From assembly GCA_964500655.1 (NCBI GenBank), contig CAZCPP010000001.1, positions 1 through 48,999 on the forward strand: a DNA stretch of 48,999 nucleotides. The letters run 5' to 3'. This document shows, in pieces, positions 38,948 through 46,510 of the stretch. Position 1 is the first letter of the stretch, and each line of letters starts with the position of its first letter. This DNA comes from an uncultured Anaerolineaceae bacterium (GTDB taxonomy: Bacteria > Chloroflexota > Anaerolineae > Anaerolineales > Villigracilaceae). The notes under the pieces are model-generated. The model did no database searches, had not been told where the DNA came from, and saw nothing but the letters and a program-made list of their open reading frames with translations. The translations under genes were made by a program, and so were the position numbers.

Positions 38948-40612
38948 TTATCCAACCAGCATGACACCGTAATCAGTCTGGACGGTTTGCGCGCCTTCAG
39001 TTTGCGAGATTATGAGTTTGTTAAGGGCGTTGATATAGGCTTTGGCGCTGGCAACGATAATGTCTGTATCAGCACCATGACCGCCGTAAATTCGATTGAC
39101 AGGCATCTCTTTCTGAGCATCCATAGTTTGGTGACCATTGTCGCCCTGTACGCGCACGGTTACTTCACCTAATGCATCAATGCCTTCAGTGATGGCGTGA
39201 ATATTGAATTCAAGTAGTGTATTGGGAGTGTTGACAATAGTATTGATGGCTTTGTAGGTGGCATCCACAGGGCCGGTGCCGATGGCGGCCTCGGTATGGA
39301 TTTCCCTATCCGGGCCCTTCAAGCGCACTGTGGCGGTGGGCATGCCCATCGTCCCGCAAGCGACCTGCAAACCATCCAGCGAGTAGACCGAGAGCGGTTG
39401 GTAAAACTCGTCGGCGATCAGAGCTTCGAGATCCGCGTTGGTGATGACCTTTTTGCGATCGGCCAATTCCTTGAAGCGGGTAAATGCCTGGTCGAGTTCG
39501 GCCTCGTCCAGTGCATGGCCCAATTCTGCCAAGCGGGCGCGTAAGGCGTGACGGCCTGAATGCTTACCTAGCACCAGCCTGGTCTCATTAACGCCAACGT
39601 CTTCGGGGCGCATAATCTCGTAGGTGGACTGATTTTTAAGCATACCGTCCTGATGGATACCAGCCTCGTGCGCAAATGCATTAGCCCCCACAATGGCTTT
39701 ATTTGGTTGCACGTTGATACCGGTGTAATTGCTGACCAATTTGCTGACGCGTGAAAGCTGGGTGCTATCGATGCCCGTCTCCAGTTTGTACACCGGGTGG
39801 CGGGTTTTGAGCGCCATGACAACTTCCTCCAGTGAAGTGTTACCCGCCCGTTCGCCAATCCCGTTGATGGTCACTTCGGCCTGACGCGCGCCCGCTCGGA
39901 TGCCCGTCATGGCATTGGCAGTAGCCATTCCCAGGTCATCATGGGTGTGCACAGAAATGGTGATCTCTTCGCTCATACCAGGTGTATTCGCTAGGATTCC
40001 CGATATCAGTGCTCCGAATTCTTCCGGCATTGTGTAACCCACCGTGTCGGGGATGTTGAGCGTGGTCCCGCCAGCTTCGATAGCAACCCCCAGCACTTGG
40101 TACAGGAATTCCGGGTCAGAGCGACCGGCATCTTCCGGACTGAACTCCACATCAGCGCACAGCGCTCGCGCATAGGCCACCATCTCACGAACCTTTTCCA
40201 GCACCTGTTCGCGCGTCATCTTGAGCTTGTGCTGCATGTGAATCTCAGAGGTAGCCAAAAAGGTGTGAATGCGGGGCTTCTGCGCTCCTTTTACTGCTTC
40301 CCAGGCCTTATCGATATCGCCCCGAGTAGCGCGTGCCAGCCCGCATATGACCGGGACATTAACTTGCTCCTCACCCTTCGACGTGCTCAGGACGACGCCC
40401 TCTGGCGGATTCCCAACCTCGTCCGCGATGCGGCGCACGGCTTCCAGGTCATCGGGCGAGGCAGCCGGAAAACCCGCTTCGATAATATCCACACCCAGGC
40501 GAGCCAGGTTGCGCGCAACTTCCAATTTCTCAGTGGAAGTCATTGTTGCGCCAGGGGATTGTTCGCCGTCTCTTAATGTGGTGTCGAATATTTTGACGTA
40601 GTTACTAATCAT
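38948..40612 (-). CDS. leuA: 2-isopropylmalate synthase (long form with C-terminal regulatory domain)
   Basis: [26 protein letters not shown] and a LeuA dimerisation/regulatory tail are present. Start taken at ATG 40612 (GGAG 6 nt upstream) rather than the TTG at 40624. Confidence 0.93.
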   Translation of the reverse strand: MISNYVKIFDTTLRDGEQSPGATMTSTEKLEVARNLARLGVDIIEAGFPAASPDDLEAVRRIADEVGNPPEGVVLSTSKGEEQVNVPVICGLARATRGDIDKAWEAVKGAQKPRIHTFLATSEIHMQHKLKMTREQVLEKVREMVAYARALCADVEFSPEDAGRSDPEFLYQVLGVAIEAGGTTLNIPDTVGYTMPEEFGALISGILANTPGMSEEITISVHTHDDLGMATANAMTGIRAGARQAEVTINGIGERAGNTSLEEVVMALKTRHPVYKLETGIDSTQLSRVSKLVSNYTGINVQPNKAIVGANAFAHEAGIHQDGMLKNQSTYEIMRPEDVGVNETRLVLGKHSGRHALRARLAELGHALDEAELDQAFTRFKELADRKKVITNADLEALIADEFYQPLSVYSLDGLQVACGTMGMPTATVRLKGPDREIHTEAAIGTGPVDATYKAINTIVNTPNTLLEFNIHAITEGIDALGEVTVRVQGDNGHQTMDAQKEMPVNRIYGGHGADTDIIVASAKAYINALNKLIISQTEGAQTVQTDYGVMLVG

Positions 40613-40629
40613 AGAATGCTCCAATTCCC

Positions 40630-41691
40630 TTATTTACCGTTACTCTTCCAGTTCTCAGGTCGCAACGAGCGCACAGCCGCGCCCGCTTGCCACATCTCGG
40701 AATCGCGCATAATTTTCAGTTCTGCGGCCAAGTTTTCTCGGTAGTTCGGATCGCTGTTTTTCTCGAGCACTACACGGGTCTCTTTACCCTCCACCACGCT
40801 CTTGTACAGTTCATCAAACAGGGGCATGACAGCATCTCGGAAACGCGGATGCCAATCCAACGCACCGCGCTGGGCAGTGGTGGAGCAGTTGGCATACATC
40901 CAGTCCATGCCGTTCTCGGCAACCAGGCGGATGAGCGACTGCGTCAGCTCTTCAACGGTCTCATTGAAGGCTTCGCTGGGGCTGTGACCGTATTTCCGCA
41001 GCGTGTTGTATTGCGCTTCCATCACGCCAGAAAGTGCGCCAATCAGGATGCCGCGTTCGCCGGTCAGGTCGCTATAGACTTCGTTCTTAAATGTGGTGGG
41101 AAACAGATAACCTGCCCCAATCGCAATACCGAGCGCCAGCGTGCGCTCTTCGGCGCGACCTGTTTTATCTTGATGAACGGCATAACTGGCGTTGATGCCA
41201 GAGCCATCTAGGAAATTGCGGCGTACGCTGGTGCCAGAGCCTTTGGGCGCGACCAAAGCCACGTCCACGTGCGGGGGCGGGATCACGCCAGTCTGCTCGG
41301 TATAGGTGATCGAAAAACCATGCGAGAAATACAGCATGTCGCCTTCGTTCAAGGTTTCAACGATCTTCGGCCATTGCGAGCGTTGACCCGCATCCGATAA
41401 CAGATACTGGATAACCGTGCCGCGTTCGGCGGCTTCTTCGACCGTGAAGAGAGTTTCACCGGGAACCCAGCTATCTGATACAGCTTTATCCCAGTTCGAG
41501 GTACCCTGGCGCTGCCCCACAATAACATTGACGCCGTTATCACGCATGTTCAGCGCCTGGGCTGGGCCCTGCAGGCCGTAACCGAGCACGGCTACGACTT
41601 CATCTTTGAGTACTTCGCGCGCTTTTTCAAGCGGGAACTCTTCGCGGGTGACGACCGTTTCGACCACACCGCCAAAATTGATTTCAGCCAT
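40630..41691 (-). CDS. ilvC: ketol-acid reductoisomerase (class I)
   Basis: 353-aa ORF with [19 protein letters not shown] and a C-terminal knotted-domain motif. Confidence 0.94.
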   Translation of the reverse strand: MAEINFGGVVETVVTREEFPLEKAREVLKDEVVAVLGYGLQGPAQALNMRDNGVNVIVGQRQGTSNWDKAVSDSWVPGETLFTVEEAAERGTVIQYLLSDAGQRSQWPKIVETLNEGDMLYFSHGFSITYTEQTGVIPPPHVDVALVAPKGSGTSVRRNFLDGSGINASYAVHQDKTGRAEERTLALGIAIGAGYLFPTTFKNEVYSDLTGERGILIGALSGVMEAQYNTLRKYGHSPSEAFNETVEELTQSLIRLVAENGMDWMYANCSTTAQRGALDWHPRFRDAVMPLFDELYKSVVEGKETRVVLEKNSDPNYRENLAAELKIMRDSEMWQAGAAVRSLRPENWKSNGK

Positions 41692-41712
41692 AAGATAATT
41701 TCTCCTTTTGCC

Positions 41713-42270
41713 TTAGTCCGCGACCATAACGGCGACTTCTTCCGGATGCCAGCCATTACCATTAGCACCCGCTGTACGGCGGATTCCGCAATGCTCACCG
41801 CGGGTCATGGCTACCTGGCCAGTACGCACCATCTCGACGATGCCGATCGGGCGAAGCAATTCAATCATGCCCTCAATTTTGTCTTCGGTGCCGGTGGCTT
41901 CCACGATAACGGAATCAGGCGCAACGTCCACGATGCGGGCGCGGAAGATGGTCGCCAGATCTTTTACATTGCTGCGTTGATCCGGCGTGGCTTTGACTTT
42001 GATCAGCGCCAAGTCGCGGGTCACAGATGGTTGGCGCGTGACGTCCTGTACGTCCAGCACATTTACCAGTTTGTACAGGTTGGCCTCGATTTTGTGCGCA
42101 TCCGTATCATTTTCGCATTCGGTCACAATCGTCATGCGCGAAACTTGCAGATCTTCTGTTTTCCCGACCGCTAACGAATCGATGTTGAATTTCCGGCGGC
42201 GGAACAACGAAGCCACCCGGTTGAGCACACCGGGTTTATTTTCAACTAAGGCGATAAATGTATATTGCAT
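41713..42270 (-). CDS. ilvN: acetolactate synthase small (regulatory) subunit
   Basis: 185-aa ORF with the ACT domain LVENKPGVLNRVASLFRRRKFNIDSL. Confidence 0.92.
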   Translation of the reverse strand: MQYTFIALVENKPGVLNRVASLFRRRKFNIDSLAVGKTEDLQVSRMTIVTECENDTDAHKIEANLYKLVNVLDVQDVTRQPSVTRDLALIKVKATPDQRSNVKDLATIFRARIVDVAPDSVIVEATGTEDKIEGMIELLRPIGIVEMVRTGQVAMTRGEHCGIRRTAGANGNGWHPEEVAVMVAD

Positions 42271-42296
42271 ATGATTTCTCCATATCTCCTATTATT

Positions 42297-43988
42297 TCAG
42301 GCGGGATCCTTTTCTGGTCTGCGCAGCATCTGATCCAGTGCCGCTCCGGCCGGCACCATCGGATAGACAGCTTCCTCTTTCTCCACGCGGAATTCCAGTA
42401 AAACCGGGCCGGGCGTGCACCGTGCGAATCGGATCGCATCCTGAACCTGGTCGGGGCTGGTCACCCGCCGGGCAGGGACACCGTGCGCTTCGGCGATCTT
42501 GACGAAATCAGGACCTGTGATGTTGACTGCCGAATAACGTTTTTCGAAGAAGAATTCCTGCCACTGGCGCACCATGCCCAAAAAGTTGTTATTCATAATG
42601 GCGATCTTGACGTTTGCGCCTTCCTGAATCACGGTGGTGAGTTCCGCCTGGGTCATCTGGAAGCCGCCATCACCGACAACCGTCCAGATCTCCTCATCCG
42701 GGCGCGCAAACCAGGCACCGATAGCGGCCGGCAGACCAAAACCCATCGTCCCCGCACCACCGGAGGTAAGCCAGCGCTTGGGTTTATCCATGAAATAATA
42801 TTGCGCCGTCCACATCTGATGCTGACCGACGTCGGTAGTCACGATCGCGCCGCCCTCGGTTGCGCGCCATAGCTCGTGTACCAGGTGCGAGACGTGCAAC
42901 TTGCCGTCATCCGGCCAACTCAGGATGTCCCGGGTTTCCACATCGGCTTTCCATTCTCCGATTTGCTCTAACCAATCTTCATGTTCGTATTCATCCACCA
43001 GCGGGACCAACTCGGTCAATACCGTTTTCAAATCACCTACCAGGGGGACATCGACCTGCACAATTTTGTGAATTTCCGAGGGGTCAATGTCGATGTGAAT
43101 TTTCTTTGCACCACGCGCATAGGTGTTGAGCGTACCCGTGACACGATCATCAAAGCGCATACCAAAGGCCAGCAGCAGGTCGGCGTTCTGGATGGCCTGG
43201 TTGCAGTGCGCTTCACCGTGCATCCCCATCATGCCCAGGCTGAGTTCGTGCGAGGCCGGGAAGGCCCCTAAACCAAGCAAGGTCATCGCGACCGGGGTTT
43301 GGGTTTTGATCGCAAAATGCGCTAAAGCTTCCTCGCCTCCCGATATCAAGATCCCATGTCCGCACAAAATAACCGGACGCTGGGCCTGGGAAATCAGGTC
43401 AGCGGCTTTCTCCAGGCCAGCTTTGGGCGCATGGGTAGGGGGTTTGTATCCCGGCAACTTCACTTCTCCGGGGTAGGCAAACTCTGCCCACTCGATCTGG
43501 GCGCTCTTGCAGATGTCGATCAGGACCGGGCCTGGGCGTCCACTACGGGCGATGTAAAAGGCCTCGGTGATAACTTCAGCGATTTCATCGGCGCTGGTCA
43601 CCAGGTAGTTATGCTTGGTGATCGGCAACGTGATGCCGGTCACGTCTGTTTCCTGAAAGGCGTCTCCCCCCAGCAGGCTGGAGGCCACCTGCCCGGTGAT
43701 GCATACGATCGGGGAGGAGTCCATCATGGCTGTGATGATCCCGGTCACCAGATTGGTCGCGCCTGGGCCGGAAGTAGCCATGACCACACCCACTTTGCCA
43801 GAAGCACGCGCATAACCATCCGCCATATGAGACGCGCCCTGCTCATGCCGCACCAGTACGTGATGTACCGGGTAATTGAGCATGGCATCATAGATCGGCA
43901 TGTTGGCCCCGCCTGGGTAGCCAAAGACAACTTCCACGCCCTCGCGCGTCAGACATTCCCACAAAATCTCTGCTCCTGTCTTTTTCAT
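42297..43988 (-). CDS. ilvB: acetolactate synthase large subunit
   Basis: 563-aa ORF with ThDP enzyme motifs (GYPGGANMPIYDA, GGAGTMGFGLPAAIGA, GDGGFQM). Confidence 0.95.
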   Translation of the reverse strand: MKKTGAEILWECLTREGVEVVFGYPGGANMPIYDAMLNYPVHHVLVRHEQGASHMADGYARASGKVGVVMATSGPGATNLVTGIITAMMDSSPIVCITGQVASSLLGGDAFQETDVTGITLPITKHNYLVTSADEIAEVITEAFYIARSGRPGPVLIDICKSAQIEWAEFAYPGEVKLPGYKPPTHAPKAGLEKAADLISQAQRPVILCGHGILISGGEEALAHFAIKTQTPVAMTLLGLGAFPASHELSLGMMGMHGEAHCNQAIQNADLLLAFGMRFDDRVTGTLNTYARGAKKIHIDIDPSEIHKIVQVDVPLVGDLKTVLTELVPLVDEYEHEDWLEQIGEWKADVETRDILSWPDDGKLHVSHLVHELWRATEGGAIVTTDVGQHQMWTAQYYFMDKPKRWLTSGGAGTMGFGLPAAIGAWFARPDEEIWTVVGDGGFQMTQAELTTVIQEGANVKIAIMNNNFLGMVRQWQEFFFEKRYSAVNITGPDFVKIAEAHGVPARRVTSPDQVQDAIRFARCTPGPVLLEFRVEKEEAVYPMVPAGAALDQMLRRPEKDPA

Positions 43989-44004
43989 TCTCTTCTCCTT
44001 ATTT

Positions 44005-44067
44005 CACCCCTCGCCCTTCCTGTCCCCTGCGGGAATGCTTCGCAAGGAGAGGGGTCGGGGGTGAGGG
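44005..44067. repeat. GC-rich palindromic repeat (family A, CCCTCACCC / GGGAGAGGGG / GGGGTGAGGG type)
   Basis: CACCCCTCGCCCTTCCT...AGGAGAGGGGTCGGGGGTGAGGG forms a long imperfect hairpin and fills the ilvD-ilvB gap. It has no U-tract, so it is not a terminator. Confidence 0.65.
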
Positions 44068-45741
44068 TTAATATTCAGTTGATAACACTGCACCTGTATC
44101 TGCAGAGGTCACAAAATATGAATATCGTTTGAGCCACTTGCTTTTGATCGTAGACTGGAAGGGAGGCAACTCGCTCAATCGTTGACTTAATTCCGCCTCG
44201 CTCAAGCGCACCTCGAGCCTGCGGGCCGTTAAATCGATATCGATCATGTCTCCAGCCTGGAGGGCGCCAACCGAGCCGCCAGCAGCCGCTTCCGGTGAGA
44301 CATGACCGATGCAGGCACCGCGCGTCCCGCCGCTAAAACGGCCGTCGGTGATCAGGGCCACCTTGTCGCCCAGTCCCTGCCCCATGATGGCAGAAGTCGG
44401 CGAAAGCATTTCCTGCATTCCAGGCCCACCTTTGGGCCCCTCATAGCGGATGACGACCACTTCCCCGGCCTGGACATCACCGGCTAGGATGCCGGCTAAG
44501 GCCTCATCTTGCGATTCGTAGATACGCGCCGGGCCGCTGAACTTCATCATCTCTGGACCCACGCCACCCACCTTGACGACTGCACCATCCGGCGCCAGGT
44601 TTCCAAATAAAATCGCCAGGCCACCGTGTTTCGAATGTGCGTTTTCATACCGTTGAATAACGTCTTTAGCTTGAATTTCCCGCCCTTGAATGGATTCCCC
44701 TAGCGTGCTGCCGCTGACCGTTGGACGCTCGAAGTGCAGCATGCCGCCCCCGCGTTGGATCTCGTTCAGAATGGCCGGGACACCACCCGCGCGGTGCACA
44801 TCTTCCATGTGCCATTTCCCCGCCGGCGAGACCTTGCAAATGTGCGCGACTTTATCGGCCACGGCATTGATGCGCGCGAGTGGATAATCCACCTGCGCTT
44901 CGTTAGCTAGCGCCAGCGTGTGCAGCACGGTGTTGGTCGAGCCACCCATGGCCATATCCAGCGCGAAGGCATCGTCTATCGCTTCAGCGGTGACGATGTC
45001 ACGCGGTTTGAGGTCGCGTTCCAGCAGGGTCATGATCTGCCCGGCGGCCTGCAATGCCAATGTTTCCCGTTCTTCCGTCTCCGCCAGGGCGGTGCCGTTG
45101 AAAGGCAACGCCAGGCCTAGGGCTTCCATCAGGCAGTTCATCGAATTTGCGGTGAACATACCCGAGCACGATCCGCAAGAAGGGCAGGCGAATTTCTCTA
45201 AAACGGATAGGCGTTCTGCGTCGATTTTCCCGGCTGAATAGGCGCCCACACCCTCGAAAACCGAGATCAGGTCGATGGTTTCTCCCTCGGGGGTGCGCCC
45301 GGCCGGCATCGGTCCGCCGGAGACGAAAATCGTGGGGATGTTAACTCGCATGGCGGCCAGCAACATGCCCGGGACGATCTTGTCGCAGTTGGGGATGCAA
45401 AGCATGGCGTCAAACCTGTGAGCCTCGAGCATGGTTTCCACGCAGTCAGCAATCAGTTCGCGGGAAGGAAGCGAGTACTTCATCCCCCTATGTCCCATGG
45501 CGATACCGTCATCCACGCCGATGGTGTTGAATTCGAAGGGTACCCCGCCCGCAGCGCGTACCGCGTCTTTGATCAGTTTTCCGAATTCCTGCAGGTGCAC
45601 GTGCCCGGGGACAACATCTACATACGAGTTGACGATTGCCACGAAGGGCTTGTTGAAATCTTCGTCCTGCAAGCCGGTAGCACGCAGCAAGGCACGTTGG
45701 GGGGCTTTCTCGAAACCTTTCTTGACAGTATCAGATCGCAT
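44068..45741 (-). CDS. ilvD: dihydroxy-acid dehydratase
   Basis: Start taken at ATG 45741 ([19 protein letters not shown]), giving 557 aa. It has the CDK(I/N)xPG-type motif [11 protein letters not shown] and a Cys cluster. The upstream 23 codons of the track ORF translate a repeat element. Confidence 0.94.
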   Translation of the reverse strand: MRSDTVKKGFEKAPQRALLRATGLQDEDFNKPFVAIVNSYVDVVPGHVHLQEFGKLIKDAVRAAGGVPFEFNTIGVDDGIAMGHRGMKYSLPSRELIADCVETMLEAHRFDAMLCIPNCDKIVPGMLLAAMRVNIPTIFVSGGPMPAGRTPEGETIDLISVFEGVGAYSAGKIDAERLSVLEKFACPSCGSCSGMFTANSMNCLMEALGLALPFNGTALAETEERETLALQAAGQIMTLLERDLKPRDIVTAEAIDDAFALDMAMGGSTNTVLHTLALANEAQVDYPLARINAVADKVAHICKVSPAGKWHMEDVHRAGGVPAILNEIQRGGGMLHFERPTVSGSTLGESIQGREIQAKDVIQRYENAHSKHGGLAILFGNLAPDGAVVKVGGVGPEMMKFSGPARIYESQDEALAGILAGDVQAGEVVVIRYEGPKGGPGMQEMLSPTSAIMGQGLGDKVALITDGRFSGGTRGACIGHVSPEAAAGGSVGALQAGDMIDIDLTARRLEVRLSEAELSQRLSELPPFQSTIKSKWLKRYSYFVTSADTGAVLSTEY

Positions 45742-45756
45742 AATTCCTATCTTCTT

Positions 45757-45796
45757 CTCCCTCTCCCTCTGGGAGAGGGAAGGGGTGAGGGTGGGG
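45757..45796. repeat. partial family A GC-rich repeat in the ilvD 5' UTR
   Basis: It contains CCCTCTCCC-TCT-GGGAGAGGG followed by AAGGGGTGAGGGTGGGG. The same core is found at 44005..44067 and 47133..47199. Confidence 0.6.
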
Positions 45797-45830
45797 TAAA
45801 AAAGAGCCACCCTTTGCCTGGGTGGCTCTC
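45797..45830 (-). terminator. intrinsic terminator of the proximal ilv attenuator
   Basis: Minus-strand RNA reads AGAGCCACCC-AGGCAAA-GGGUGGCUCU then UUUUU (10-bp stem). It begins about 23 nt after the stop of the proximal leader ORF. Confidence 0.85.
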
Positions 45831-45852
45831 ATCTTTTTGGGTATGTGCCTTT

Positions 45853-45960
45853 TTATGTGTCACTATCCCGGATTAGTGCAACCTCAAGCGCGCTCTCCTG
45901 TGTAAGCAGGAGGACGATAATCAGGATAATGACGATGTTTATGCTGTGGTACAGATGCAT
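45853..45960 (-). CDS. Ile/Leu/Val-rich leader peptide, proximal (35 aa)
   Basis: ATG at 45960 with AAGGAA 8 nt upstream. Translation MHLYHSINIVIILIIVLLLTQESALEVALIRDSDT, with 12 of the 13 codons 7-19 being Ile, Leu or Val. It is followed by the terminator at 45797..45830. Confidence 0.7.
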   Translation of the reverse strand: MHLYHSINIVIILIIVLLLTQESALEVALIRDSDT

Positions 45961-45978
45961 ATCGGGCTTCCTTGAGTA

Positions 45979-46009
45979 ACAAAAAAGCCGCCCGTGGTTG
46001 GGCGGCTTT
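45979..46009 (-). terminator. intrinsic terminator of the distal ilv attenuator
   Basis: Minus-strand RNA reads AAGCCGCCC-AACCAC-GGGCGGCUU then UUUUUG, about 25 nt after the stop of the distal leader ORF. Confidence 0.85.
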
Positions 46010-46033
46010 ACCTTTTTGCGCAGATGTGTGCGA

Positions 46034-46135
46034 TTATTTCACGCTCACCTTTGCCATCCCAACCACAAACTGGTCCTTAATAATAAGGACCAAAATAATA
46101 ATGCTAAGAACCAGGGTTGAGAAAGCTGTCTGCAT
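46034..46135 (-). CDS. Ile/Leu/Val-rich leader peptide, distal (33 aa)
   Basis: ATG at 46135, TAA at 46036..46034. Translation MQTAFSTLVLSIIILVLIIKDQFVVGMAKVSVK, with 11 of the 12 codons 8-19 being Ile, Leu or Val. It lies about 19 nt downstream of the predicted transcription start. Confidence 0.72.
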   Translation of the reverse strand: MQTAFSTLVLSIIILVLIIKDQFVVGMAKVSVK

Positions 46136-46160
46136 GACTCAGTTGTACCTATTTCGCCCG

Positions 46161-46188
46161 ATTATAGGCCCTTTTGAGATTATGTCAA
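46161..46188 (-). promoter_or_regulatory. consensus sigma70-type promoter of the ilv-leu leader
   Basis: Minus strand reads TTGACA (46188..46183), 16-nt spacer, TATAAT (46166..46161). Both hexamers are perfect consensus. Confidence 0.7.
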
Positions 46189-46278
46189 GGGTAAATTGGA
46201 AATTGGTATAAAAATATGTCAGATATCATCCCTGATAACTTCGTTGGGAGTGCCTAATTCCGATGACAAAAGATATAT

Positions 46279-46446
46279 GTCACCTTGAGAGAAGCGAAGG
46301 GTCTCCCGCGCTTCGCGCGGAGATTCTCACCTGCACTTGCAGCGCAGGCGCAAGTGTCACTCCCCCGTTTCGGGCCGACGCCCTCTCGGGGCGGACGGCC
46401 TGCGGTCATTCACCTGTGCCTGCGGCACTGGCGCGGGCAGAATGAC
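46279..46446. repeat. composite GC-rich structured repeat cluster (family B-like termini GTCACCTTGAGAGAAGCGAAGGGTCTC ... GCAGAATGAC)
   Basis: It contains several hairpins (TCTCCCGCGC/GCGCGGAGA, CACTTGC/GCAAGTG, GCCGACGCCC/GGGGCGGACGGC). It also has a ~28-nt imperfect direct repeat TCACCTGnnCnTGCnGCnCnGGCGC. It lies in the divergent intergenic region. Confidence 0.5.
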
Positions 46447-46495
46447 AAAATGTTTTCTAGTTTAGGCACTCCCACATCGTGTCCCGCAACTTCAG

Positions 46496-46504
46496 TGCTA
46501 AAAT
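46496..46504 (+). promoter_or_regulatory. candidate extended -10 promoter giving a leaderless DUF1638 mRNA
   Basis: TGCTAAAAT (TGn + TAAAAT) ends 6 nt before the ATG at 46511. There is no SD and no good -35. Confidence 0.3.
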
Positions 46505-46510
46505 ACGGAC

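Noticed and set aside
43356-44132. 258-aa plus-strand ORF
   Set aside because: It is antisense to ilvB and runs through the family A repeat. It has no motifs and is a shadow ORF. The same reasoning applies to 16900..17427, 17635..18204, 18096..18623, 21426..21866, 40097..40576 and 40687..41211.
45742-45810. N-terminal 23 codons of track ORF 44068..45810 ([23 protein letters not shown])
   Set aside because: This is the translation of the family A GC-rich repeat. IlvD homology starts at [10 protein letters not shown] (ATG 45741).
45972-46211. 79-aa plus-strand ORF over the ilv leader region
   Set aside because: It is on the opposite strand to the promoter, leader ORFs and terminators. It spans two hairpins and has no SD.
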